Below are positions 38,146 through 50,672 of a stretch of DNA of 64,000 bases, piece by piece. Position numbers and translations under genes: made by a program. The stretch comes from Geosiphon pyriformis uo1 (taxonomy: Eukaryota; Fungi; Glomeromycota): positions 467-64,466 of the forward strand of contig JAAOMT010000419.1 in the NCBI GenBank assembly GCA_016748015.1, written 5' to 3'. Below the pieces are notes generated by a model. It saw nothing but the letters and a program-made list of their open reading frames with translations. It made no database searches and was not told the DNA's origin. Numbering within the stretch: position 1 is the stretch's first letter; each line of letters starts with the position of its first letter.

Positions 38146-39508
38146 ATGAACACACAAAAATATCAACAACTTCAACATTATATAGATACTCAATAGTTCA
38201 AGAAAAAATTATCTCAACTAGAACAAAAGAGGATCAAACAACAATCCAAATATTTTATCACTTGCCAAAATATACTTTATTGGAAAAATAGAAAAGAGTA
38301 ATTACAGAACCAGAAAAAAAGACAATACTGTTCAACATGCACTCAGATCCAACTGCAGGACATTTTCATAAAGAAGCAACCATAGAAAAAACCAGAAAGA
38401 AATACTATTGGCCATCAATGTATCCAGACATCATCTAATATGTGCAAAATTGTGATGCTTGTCAAAGAAGAGAAGGAACAAGACCCAGCAAACCATTGAG
38501 ACCAATTAAAGTGGAACAACCATTCGACTGTATTGGAATTGATTTAATTGGACCATTAACAATTACCAGCAGAGGAAACAGATACATAGCAGTAGCCATG
38601 AATTATCTCACTAAATAGCCAGAGGCAAAAGCAATTCAAAGAGCAGATGCAGAATCCGTTGCCAAATTTGTTCATCAGGAATTGATTTGTCGACATGAAT
38701 ATCCAAAAGAATTATTATCAGACCAAGAAACGCATTTTGTGAACAGAACATTAACAGAATTGAACCAAAGATTCGGAATTAAGAGACTATTATCATCACC
38801 ATACCATTCACAAACCAATAGATTAGTCGAAAGATTCAACAAAACATTGTGTGAAGCAATAGCTAAGCTCAGCCAAGAAAACCAGAATGATTGGAATTTG
38901 TTGATACTATTAGTATTATTTGCTTATCTGACAATAAAGCAAGACATTACACAAGCAACACCATTTGAATTGGTAAATAGTAGAACAGTAACATTACCAG
39001 TGAAGATAGAGGTTAACACATATCTAACTGAACCAATAACAGAAGAAAATTTCCAAGAAACATTGTTAAGAAGAACATATGACTTAATAGAAACATTGAA
39101 AAACAAATGAAAAAGAGCAGCTGATAATATACAAAAGTCACAAAAGAAACAGAAAAAAGACATAATAATTAACTACCAGACAAACCAGTTGAATTCAAGA
39201 TTGGAGACAAAGTACTCTTACATCATACTAAAACAGAAAAACAATGGAGTAAAAAATTTGACCCCAAATGAGATAGACCATTTTATATAGAAGAAATTCT
39301 AGGGAATGGAGCTTACAAATTAAGACTAGACAACAAAATCTTAACCAAAGCAGCACATGGAGATTGACTGAAACCATACCACAACACCATACCACCATTC
39401 ACCAGTAATATTCCACAATTAGGAGTACAGAGAATACTAGTCCAACCAGATGAGATATCACAAGATCTGGAACCAATCATTATTATTGACAACAACACGT
39501 TAAATTGA
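38146..39508 (+). pseudogene. Gypsy-1 integrase, separate ORF
   Basis: Starts MNTQKYQQLQHY; HHCC (HSDPTAGHF...CDACQ), core IGIDLIGP, SDQ, VERFNKTL; SH3-like C-terminus; no chromodomain seen. Confidence 0.88.
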
Positions 39509-39563
39509 TCCATCAAAAAAATATATAAAGACACGGTAAACACGACAGGAAATATCAGAAAAA

Positions 39564-40192
39564 ATGGAAATTACAGACAACATTTACTCACTAACACAAC
39601 AACTTTTTCAATTGATTCAACACCAAGAGATAGAAATTACAATTAATCAACAAACCATCTGATATCAAGATACTAGAAAGACATTGCAATACAGAAAACA
39701 GAAGAAACCAGAAAATACCATTGACAAAATCATGGCAAAAATAAAATTGGCAATAAAAGAATCGACAAAAGAGTCAATATATCAAGAGTTAACTAAAGAA
39801 ACTTGGAATTGGTAGATACAACAATTTCCAAGAAACTATTGTTATTTTTACTTGAGACAACATGTAAATATCCAAAATCTATATATGGATAAAACAAAAT
39901 AATTATTTGACACAAGAATACTACAACAATTAGAACATTTTGTGAGAAAGAACAACTTATCCACACAGGCCCAAGCCATATACCAAATACATACAGCATT
40001 TCAGGATCAACCAAAAATATTACTCAACAAAGCAATGGATATGGTTACAGTAATCAATTGGGAAAGATTACCAATACTCAATTTGAAGAATTACAGATTC
40101 AAATAACACAAGTAATTCTCAAAAACAAAATCCAAGAAATACTTCAAGAGGGGAAATTAAATGAGTTGGATTTCGACAGAGCTCATTATTAA
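39564..40192 (+). pseudogene. Gypsy-1 ORF3 (unknown function, env position)
   Basis: Starts MEITDNIYSLTQQLFQLI and ends QLGKITNTQFEELQ...LDFDRAHY*; similar in position and motifs to 57255-58222; frameshifted. Confidence 0.6.
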
Positions 40193-40205
40193 AAGGAGGG
40201 AATAA
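40191..40205 (+). promoter_or_regulatory. Polypurine tract of Gypsy-1
   Basis: AAAAGGAGGGAATAA directly before the 3' LTR. Confidence 0.85.
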
Positions 40206-41084
40206 TGTTATTCATAGAAATATAAGAAATATATATTAGCATAGTTATTAGCCAATTAGAAGTAGACGTAGTAAAATGTGGAATTCCAGGATTCCTCTCA
40301 GGAATTGCAGAATTCCAGGAATTACAGAATTCTCACAAGAAATTGCAGGATTCCAGAATTCCAGAATTCTTCTCAAAAGAATTGCAGGATTCCAGAAATC
40401 CCAGAATTCCTGTCGTAAAGAATCAAGGTATTGAGAAATTTCAATTATGTATATATAGTAGTAGTGTTAAAAACTGAAAAGATAGACTTTTCAGTTTAGA
40501 TTTAATCTAAGCAACCCTCCAAACCACAATTATCTAATAAATAACTATTTGTTATCTCAAATCCATTTCCACTATCAATACTTCATGTTGATAGTAATTG
40601 ACACTTAATCACACTGGAACAATAGCTCTTGATCACAGCTATTGATGAAATACTAACTTGCAAATCGCCTTGGCTTATTTTTTTTCTTTTTTTCTTTTAT
40701 TTTCTTTTCTTTATTTTCTTACTTTAATTTTATTGTTGTATACTAACTCTATTGAGAATTAATGTGTGGAGCATTGACGTCAGGATAAACATAACTGGTA
40801 AAAGATCCAGAAATAAGGGTAGAACACTTGATTGAGGATAGCTTACCAGGAGGAATACCAGCCATCAAGCTGAGAAAAAAATTGACAAAACTGCGGTTTC
40901 GGGAAGCTACAAATAAAACTATCACTATTGAATCTCTGTTCATTATACAAAGAACTCAACCAAATCCTTCGGATACAAAACCTTCAGATACCAAACCTTC
41001 AGATCACTATTAACTGCAACTAGATTTGAGCACCAAGTTACAGGTTGTTATTTAATCTAACACCAGAAATTGTTACCTGTAACA
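40206..41084 (+). repeat. Gypsy-1 3' LTR
   Basis: TGTTATTC...CTGTAACA followed by TSD CTGC. Confidence 0.95.
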
Positions 41085-44000
41085 CTGCAAAACAGCTGAA
41101 ACTAAGTACAAAAATTGTTTATCTGTAATAGTTTTTTTTAACACCACATTAAAAAAAAACTGAACATTTACATGAACTTGAGCCAAATTAAGCTTAAAAA
41201 AATTCTCAAGTATTTGTGTGCTTCACTCCTTTTAACAATAAAAATTGGTAAGCTATTAATCAGCAGAAAAGCAGATTTAATACCTTGATTGATTGGAATA
41301 GCCACTGTTTTGTTATTATTAATCAAAATGTTATTGACTTTAAAAAACTTACTAACAATATTCAAAATGTATTGCATAGAAATCTAACAACTTTTAATTC
41401 AAATTGTATTATTAACAAAAGCACCAGCAGCCAAAAAAAAAGTTCCTCACCAGTTACTTTAATTCTGCCAGATTTCACCACAAACTTAATATTAATTTTG
41501 TATCTATACAAGTGTTCATGTCTCTTAATCTTACACAAAAGCAGATCATAGAAGATTCTTTAGAGAAGTGAAGAAAAGACTTTACCTTAATCTAAACCAT
41601 CATATACTCTATAACTATTCAAAAGTCTAAAATTTGTTATCACCCTATTAATTCTGTTTTCATAAATGTCACCAAAAAACCTAATAAACTGATTACATTT
41701 TGATACAGTACAAGCTAACTTTTAAATAATGCCAGCTTACTGAATTATAAGCCTTGTACATATCTTGTAATACTAGTTAGAACTTTCTGTTTTTCTTCAA
41801 AGTATCTTTTACAACTGACTCAATGGCAAAAATAGAAGACTGGGTTGAGGTTTTTTTCAACACCAAAAAGTTATCACCACAAAGAACATCAAATTTACTA
41901 CAAGTTGAAGATATTCAATCAGAAAAAATTTTTGATAAGATTTTCTGGGCTGTTTTAATTAAAGCAATAGGCTTAGTGTTTGTTAAAACATCATTTTATT
42001 CATAAGATTTAGAGATTATCAACACCTATGCTTTTTTCCAAAAGGTCAAAACTATACTCAATGCTAAACAAATATTTAGCAGCTTTAAAAAACAAGCCAA
42101 CACTTTCCTATCATAATGCTTCCAAAGTTTATTAGAAATTTCAGACAAACCAGCAGCTTTATCATTAGGCAAATTACTAATAGTTAAAGACAATTTTCCT
42201 ATGTCAATCTTTTTTATTACACAAGAGAAGCCATCATTATTCACATAATCTAAAGACATATATTGATAAGACCACAGATTAGGTATCTTTGGGAGCACTG
42301 ACTGTTTTTTTGCCTATCCTTTCATGATCTTATTAACCTTAAGCTTTATCATCTTAGGTTCTACTACTATTTCATTGTTCACCACCAGGTGATCCAAAAC
42401 AATCTTGCAAAATGAGTGTTCTAAAATGCTCTTTATTATTTGTCTCTTGTCAGAACAAAAATTTTCTATATGCTGGTCAATAGTCTTCCTAATATTAGCA
42501 TTTTTAACCACTTTTAACTTATAATACTTAGACTTTCAATATTTTTTTCTCACTAATGACAAATGCCTAACCAAATTTCTTAAACCAATACTATCTGAAA
42601 CCATGCTAATAATCTTAGATTCCTCAACACTATCAATAGATATCCAAACCTAAACAAGATAGTCAAAATTCAGAAGATTTTCAGAATTTTAGTATCTCAC
42701 AATCTTAGCAATAAGTAGCTTCAACTTATAAAATTTTGATAACTGTTTGTTCTTTGAACAATTATATTCACTATACCAGCTCTTAAAAAACACTCCAGTA
42801 GCAGCTTGTACCATGACTTCCTTTAACAAATTTCACATCATATCTAAGTTACCATTGTTCTTTGCAATCTCAAACATGTTCAATTTGGCCAACAACACAG
42901 TGAAAGAACACTCTTTAAAACACAACCACTGAATTTCATCAGCATTCTCTAACTTGAACTTCTATCAGTTTTGGTTGGCTTGCTTATAAGCACTGATAAG
43001 ACAAGCATCCAAGAGTCCACCCAAACCAATTAAAACTAAAACTGACTTATGATCTGTATCAAAAAACCTAGACATATTATCAACTCTATGTAATGCAACT
43101 GCAAACACTAGATTTCTATTCACAAAGATAAATCTATAACCCTTTTAATGCTCTTAGAATTGCTCTAAGTAAGAGTTTTGGTCAATACATATCTATTAAA
43201 AGTATTAACCAGACCCAAATCTAAGCAAAACTTGAAACTAACACTCCTTTTGGACCTATTTTCATTAAAGTCACTACCTAAGACCACAAAAAAGCTAAAA
43301 TTGACTGTTTTAGATATCATAGAGTTGATATCAGCAGCTTGGCCAAAATGAGTACCAATGGATGCATTAGCATAAAGACCCAAAACTGAAACCAAAAGCT
43401 TATTTTTGAACAAAAAACATACAGAGATCAACTAACCAGAAACTTTTTCTACTGTAAACATATGACAAGCCAAAAAATTGTTCATAATTATAACAACTCC
43501 AGTGCCAAAAAAACCTGCATTCAAACCAGAAGTGAAAACCTGAATACTATCAAACTTATTCTTGATCCACAGCCTAATATTAGATCTCAATTTCATTTTT
43601 GTAACAATTAAAATCATGTTCTCTAATTTTATATGCCAATGAACAATATTATTCTGCTTGGCAGGAACATTAATACTCTGAATATTGCACATAACAAATT
43701 TCTAAACCAGATCACTTATTGAAAAGTAAAAAAAGCTAACAAACCTAAACCAGAGCACAAGCAATCTAATCTTTCCAAAACTGATTCAACTAATACTTCC
43801 AAAGCCACCAACTTAGATTCCAACTCATCCACCTTAGTGGTCAAAACCTTAGAACTATTTAAACTAAAGTTAGCAATTGTATCTGCAATGACCAAAAGAA
43901 AGGTGGCAAGAGATGTCAACATATTATCCAAAGCCATATCTGAATCCAAATTAGAAGCCAAAGATGCTGGTACAATCAAAAAAGATACATGGGACTTGGT

Positions 44001-45992
44001 TGTCAAGAGCACCAATTCAACAATGCTTAATTTTTTCAAAATAACAGAAACCTGATCTGCCAAAAAATCCAAAGAGTGTTCCAAAGAAGCCAAATAATCA
44101 ACTAAACAAAAATTACCAAGAGGATTGGAAACTATTAAGATGGGTTTTACACCCAAAGACAAACCAATACTGAAAGAATCCAATAAGATCACATAAAAGG
44201 AAAAACCACTAGCAATCTGGATCCAAGTTTTGTTACCAAAAGAAACCAGATGAGCAATAAGTGTCTACTTTTTCTTATAAATATTGGCCAAGCAAACACA
44301 ATTCTGAAAAGTTACCACCTATTTATCACGACCACCAGGATTTCCACTCATTGCACAATCAACAAATGTATGACCAAATTGTTTATACTAAGTATAACAG
44401 GCCAAAAAAAGACCAGCCCAATGCAAATTCACACCCTTAAACACTGGAATAGAGCCAATAGCAGCCAATTTAGATGTCTTATTTTCAAAACACACTATAA
44501 CACATTTATCACATACATATGAATTTGGATTGTGACCAATAATACAAGTTTTCTCATCATAAAAAACCAACAAATCAAATAAATCATAAACAGTAGTGTC
44601 AATTAGAAATGTATACAACAATGCCTAATGCTGGTTCCTGGACACTTATGTTTGTTTGTCACCAATAGCCTTTGCCACATGAACAGAATTTTTTTTCATA
44701 AAAACAGATCATTTAGCTGTGACCAAATCAGCTACTTCAGATGATTCATATTCTACCAAAGTCTTTTGCCATAAACCAATCAATTGCATTTTGATAGATA
44801 TAATTTTACCAAACTTAGAAAAAACAGACTTTACAACTGATTTGGGAAGATCAACAGGAATCTTTTTGATGATTACTTCCTAATCCAATCAGTTGTTTAC
44901 TTTCTTAAGATAATTATTAACAAGAATTTTTTTACAAACTGCTAATTCCTTTGCCTTATTCAAACTAGTTTTAGATGTAAATAATGATCTAATGATTCCT
45001 GGAAATTTTGAGAAAATAGAAGCTCTCCCAAAATCATCAATTTGATAGAAAATCTTTTTGATTGCAATTAATTTATTACTATTAGTCTTTTTAAATATTG
45101 CTGACAATTCTATATCTAGTGCAAATAATATAGCAGAATTAAAATTCTTAACTTCCTTATTCTGTGATTCAGCCAATAGAAGAGACTAAGACCCAAAAAA
45201 CTTAGGTACAAGCAGCATTATTTTAGCATTATTGTCATTCAAATTCTTGAAAGAAAACATTTTCAGCGACTTATCTAAGACAAATATTCTTGTATGCTTT
45301 TTTCTTAGAGTTGTATTGTTCACCATATTATCAGTCTTAGAAGTATTTGAATTTATGTAATTCATTTTCTCAGCTATCATATTGTTCATGTTTTTGACAT
45401 TAGATACTCCATTAATACTAGTTTCCTCACTTTCTACTTCACTACTCCAAAACATCTTGTATTTACTACTAACAGCTTGTAAAATATTGATAGATATAAG
45501 TCCAGCTGATGAGTTTACCACAACACCAGTAACATTGGATTTCTTTGATTTTTTGTATGCTGAACTACAAAAATAGATATTCTCTATGTATATTTTCTTT
45601 TTAGTGCTGGATCTGATTCCTAATCCAGCCAAAACAGAACCAGAACTATCAGCAGAAGAGCTCACTAGATTCATAGCAACAAAAGAGGTTGTATTAAAAA
45701 AAATAACTACAAAAACTAGAAGAAAAAGAGAAAAAAAAGTATATTTTTTTTAACAATTTTTAGCTTTCATCATGACCAGGAAATCAACAAAAGAAAAAAG
45801 TTTTTTTTTTGTTTTAAATTCTAAAAAATTTTGTCAAATATATAATTCTATTATGTTTTTTTTTTTTTTTACATTTTAATGAGTAAAGTCCAAATACTGC
45901 CTAGTGACAATACATCAAAATAATGATCTAAACTAGGTGTGAATCATGTTTTTCCTACACATAACTAGCCATTCAAGCCAATCAGAACTACA

Positions 45993-48900
45993 CTACACAC
46001 TCACATGTACAGAAACCAAATTACCTATACCTAAGAAAAACCAGTAGAAGCTGCGCAGCCCAAAACTAACACCAAATACATCATCAATACCAAGCAGTTT
46101 AACTATTCAGACTGTAAACACTTATATGTTACCAGACACCAAAACAGAAATCAAATCATCATGAGGGATCAGACCATGTTTTTCTATATAAACACAATGC
46201 TTGGAATGAACCAGCCAAATATCATTTCTAAAAGATAGGCACAAACCACAAACAAACTCAACCACTTTACTAGATGCAATCTTAGAGTTTTCAAAGCAAA
46301 AAGTGGCCTCCTAGCACCAATTTATGAGCACAAAATCTTTGCACAGTGAGACAACAAGCTCCAAATCAGCCAAACAATTGGATAGCATTTGTGATACATG
46401 AAAGAAAGCATGAAATAGACCAGAAACAGTTCTTCAAGTGGAGACAAAATCAACGAACAACTGGAACCAAGCAGCCGCATCAAATGTACAAAAGAAAACA
46501 TGATCTGACAACTCAACATTGCCACAATATAAGCACACTACACTGGGATAACGTCTATCATAGAAGTGTTTTTGAACAGCAATAGGTAGTCTATAATGTA
46601 AAGCTTTCATAAAATAAGAATAGGAGCTAGCCAAGTGGTGACTTGTGAAGCCAGCAGCCATGTGAGAGTCAGAATGCCAAACAAAGAATAACTTAAACCA
46701 ATCAATATCTGGAAAAATACAACTGTTCACAATTTTGGCACCAAAGCCAACCTCCCAGCTTGCACAATAAATAGACTGAAAAATATTATGAACAAAGTGC
46801 CTAGAGTTTCCAAAAACAGTATTATCATTAGCCAAGATAAAACATTCCTTGAGCTGAAGATGAAGAAACCAGCCTGAATGAGAAGAAACACCAGCAAGCA
46901 AGTCAGCTCTATTATTACCTGGAACACCTGAGTGATCTTTGACTTTATGCCAGCCAATGTTCAAATCCCTGTCACATATGATTCCAGCAATGTGTTGACA
47001 CTTAATCCAACATTTGTTTCAAAAATCTGGAGCCAACAATGATAATTCAGATTTACATGCATTAAGTGCAACTTGGCTGTCAGAGAATAGATGGACTGAA
47101 CTTAAACTAGGCACACACTTAAAAGCCAATGCAATGGCCTGAAGCTCTGCTAATATAGAAAAAATCATGCCAAACACCTCCACCCCAAGACCCAAATTAA
47201 TGTTCTCAAAGAATGCAGCAGCACCAACTTTTATATTCATGCTTCTCAAGCCACAAAAAAAACCATCCATGTACACAGAAAAATCGGAGGCACTAAGGCC
47301 AGACAACTGATCATGCACTGATCTAAATTCATGAGAATTAAGAATGTCTTTTACAGAGATAGCAACCAGAGGGGATGAGCCAACATTAAAAGAACCAGCA
47401 ACATAAAGATGACAAACAACAACAGCAAACCAAGCAAAAACAGGGCCACATGGGTCAAGTTTTTTCCACTGCTTGAAAGTTTTCCAATCAAAGACAGCAC
47501 CATTTTGGTATCAAAGCTGTTCAACAAAAGCTATTCCATAATGATGAAGGGAGGGGAAACACCTGAAATACATTGACTCACCAAGTATCTTAAATAAAAA
47601 AGTTCCATTCCAGAAGCAAAAAGCATTACAAATAAGGTTGTCCAAGAATAAACCAGAGTCAAAAAAGACTCAAACCACATCCACCAAGAAGTTGTTCAAA
47701 GGATTAACACTAATACAAACTGGAGAACACAAGAGATGTACTAGATGCCAACTTGAGACCTGCAAGTCATGCGACCTATGCATGAACAACTGGCCCAAAA
47801 TTCCAACAGAGTTAGCAAAGCACACCACAACAGCAACCTTGCCTTTGGCCTGGATTTGCTCAAAAGTCTTTAAGCCATAAAACAAAGAGTGGTGTAAGAT
47901 GTTATTAAAAAAATCCAAAGGAAGACCCAACTTCAGTTTTAGGCTTTTTCGAATCAAAACATTTCACTTCTGGCACACACTAGCAGAAACAAAGCTAAAC
48001 TGGGTCCTGTAACCAATAATAGGATGAAAAACCATTGAAACCAAATAAGAAAACTGTTTGTCTGTAATTGCTTTTTTCAATACTAAATTGGCAAAAAACC
48101 GAACATCAAAATGTGTTTTGGCCAGGCTGGGCTTAGACAATCCATCAAAAGAGAAAAAAACACCTAAATAACAGTGAGACACCTTCTTTTTAGCAATGAA
48201 AATAAGAGCATCACTGATAGATAAAAAAGGCACTACCACTCTACAATTAATTGGGATCACTACAGTCTTGTCATTGTTGATCGATATATCACTTAATCTG
48301 AAAAATTCACTGGCAATATTAAGAATGTGTTATGTGGCCACCTGACTAGAATCAATCCATATAGTATTATTGACAAAAGCACTTATAGCAAAAAAGGATG
48401 TAAAGCCATTCTGTGGATTTACATGACCAGTCTTGACAACATAATGTGAGTTCAGCCTATAGTTACACACTGTCTCTTGTCTCTTAACCTCACACAGCAA
48501 AGTGTCATAAAAAATTTGCCAAAGAAGAGGTGAAAACACTTTCCTTTGATCCAAGTCATCACAAACACTATAACCATCAATTAACTCAAAATTAGTCATC
48601 ACTCTGTTCATGCAGCCATTGTGAATATTCCCAAAAAATCTTATGAATCTACTGCACATTTTGATTTTAACCAAACTTCTTCTCAAATGTTCCCAGCCAA
48701 CCAAATTATATGCTTTCCTCATGTCTTGTAAAACCAACCAAAATTCATGATTCTTTTCCAAAGCATTCTCAACCACTAAACTAATAGCAAAAATAGGAGA
48801 CTGTATTGTACCTTTAAGAACCAAAAAATTGTCACCACGAAGAACATTATACTTACTATACACCAAAGAGATTTTGTTAGAGAGAATTTTAGAGAGAATT

Positions 48901-50672
48901 TTACAGACAGTCTCAATCAGTGCAATAGATCGGGTATTCGTAAAAATTCCCTTTCAGTCATAAGGTTTAGGAATCATAGACACCCAGGTCTTTTTCTAAG
49001 GGCCTGGAACAGCCTCACAAACCAAATAAGAGTTCAAAAAGACCAAAAGTGAATCCAGAACAGACCTATCACAATGCTTCCATAGCTCATTCGAAATACC
49101 AGAAAGGCCAGCAGCTTTATTATTAAACAGATCTAAAACCACACCAAAAAACTCATCTCAATTGGGTGCATAATATTTAAAAAGGCATCATCAAAGACAT
49201 ACTCCAAGGGTTGAAACTGATGACTTCAGTCATCCAAAACATCACCAACTACCATATGCTTTCTGGTCCATCCTTCCATAATCCTATTGACGTGAAATTT
49301 AACCAAACCAGATTCCAAAATAAGGTCCTCATTCACAACCAAATGATCCAATATAACTTTGCGAAATGGTTTCTCAAGTACACTCCTAATAGTCTGGCCT
49401 TTATTCAACCCGAAGTTTTCTATTCTTTTGTTAATTGTCAGCTTGATCTGAGAATCCCAAGCACATTTTGATTCCATCATCTTAAGTGAATGATAATATT
49501 TCTTAATCTTGCCAAAGCTGACCTGATAGCATCAAAATAAGATCCCAAAAAGAAGAAAGATTTGACAGCAAAAGCATTAACAGAATCCAAAGAGACCTAA
49601 ACATTCAAAAAGAAAACAAACTTATTCAATAACACAGAATGTAAGGCCTTCACCAATTTAGAAACCAAAAGTTCCAATCTATGAAAACAAGAAGAGCACT
49701 TGGTATAACCACCATCAAAACCTTTAGACCAGGTCTTTGAGAAAACTTTATTTGCTGAAAAGCAAATGGCTTTGCAAATAACACACCACATGCCATCCAA
49801 ATCAGACAAACAGTGAAAATCTGCAAACTCATTGGAGAACATGGCAAAATTCTCATGAGATGCATTTTTATACCACTCCCATTTAACCTCATCAGCATTT
49901 TTGACATTAAACTTCTACTTGTCTCTATTGGTTTGAACATGAATAGCTTTCAAAACAGGATCTAAAATCCACCAAGACCAATTGTAATTTAAACAAAACT
50001 GTGATCAGTATTGAAGAACTTGTCCACATCCACAACTTGCCTATTTATTAAAGCATTACTTAAACTCTGTGAAATAAAAACAAAATCAATGGTCCTTTCA
50101 ATGTCTCTGGAATTACTCCAAGTAGAAGCCTTAATGTAGGGACTATTAACTAATGTATTGACTAAACCAAGATCCACACATTTACTAAAGCTAGAGCTAC
50201 ATTTGTTCTCATCCTCATTGAAATTACCACCTAATATAACAAAAGTACTCTTATTATAAATCCTGGCTATAAAAGAATTAACAAGACCAGCCTGAATTGT
50301 ATGCCTATTCCGACAGGCCTCTGCATATAAACCCAACACAGAGATGGATTGTTTGTTTTTGAATAGTAAATGAACTATTAAGAGCCTACCTGGAATTTCA
50401 GAGATTTTTGAAACATGTTTGGCTAAATTTTCATTCATGATTAAAGTGACACCTGCACCTAAAAACCCAGCATTCAGACCTGAAGTAAACACTCTTACAC
50501 CAGGAAACTTATTTGCGATCCAAGGCTTGACACTAGAGTAAAGCTTAATCTCAGTAACTATTGAAATGTCATTATTCGAAACCATATGCCATCTAATAAT
50601 GTCTTCTTACTTAGTAGGAACATTCATACTTCTAATGTTACAAGTAGCAATTTTCCAGGCTAAACTACTCAT
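45993..50672 (-). pseudogene. LINE-B ORF2 (APE endonuclease, RT, RNase H, C-terminal CCHC)
   Basis: ATCNIR, TEIKL, GGNFNE, IDFVF, TDH; QDMRKAYN, FSPLLW, AFVNNTIW (from DD); YMDG, ELQAI, SDSQ, KVKDHSG..GN..AD; CLYCGNVELSDHVFFC. Confidence 0.9.

Larger units (their letters stand above)
30920..41084 (+). mobile_element. Gypsy-1: complete Ty3/Gypsy LTR retrotransposon with dUTPase (inactivated)
   Basis: Two 879-bp LTRs (TGTTA...TAACA), 4-bp TSD CTGC (30916-30919, 41085-41088), PBS, PPT, domain order gag-PR-dUTPase-RT-RH-IN. Confidence 0.96.
28751..45847 (-). mobile_element. LINE-A: full-length APE-RT-RNase H LINE interrupted by a Gypsy element
   Basis: Poly(A) at 28751-28760; ORF1 ~45674-43716; ORF2 ~43719-41085 plus 30919-28884 with APE (CNIQSIN, GSDFNE), RT and RNase H (YTDG, ELQAI); reading TDKQFLYLVSAVLQ/PIISY continues across the insertion. 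Confidence 0.9.
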
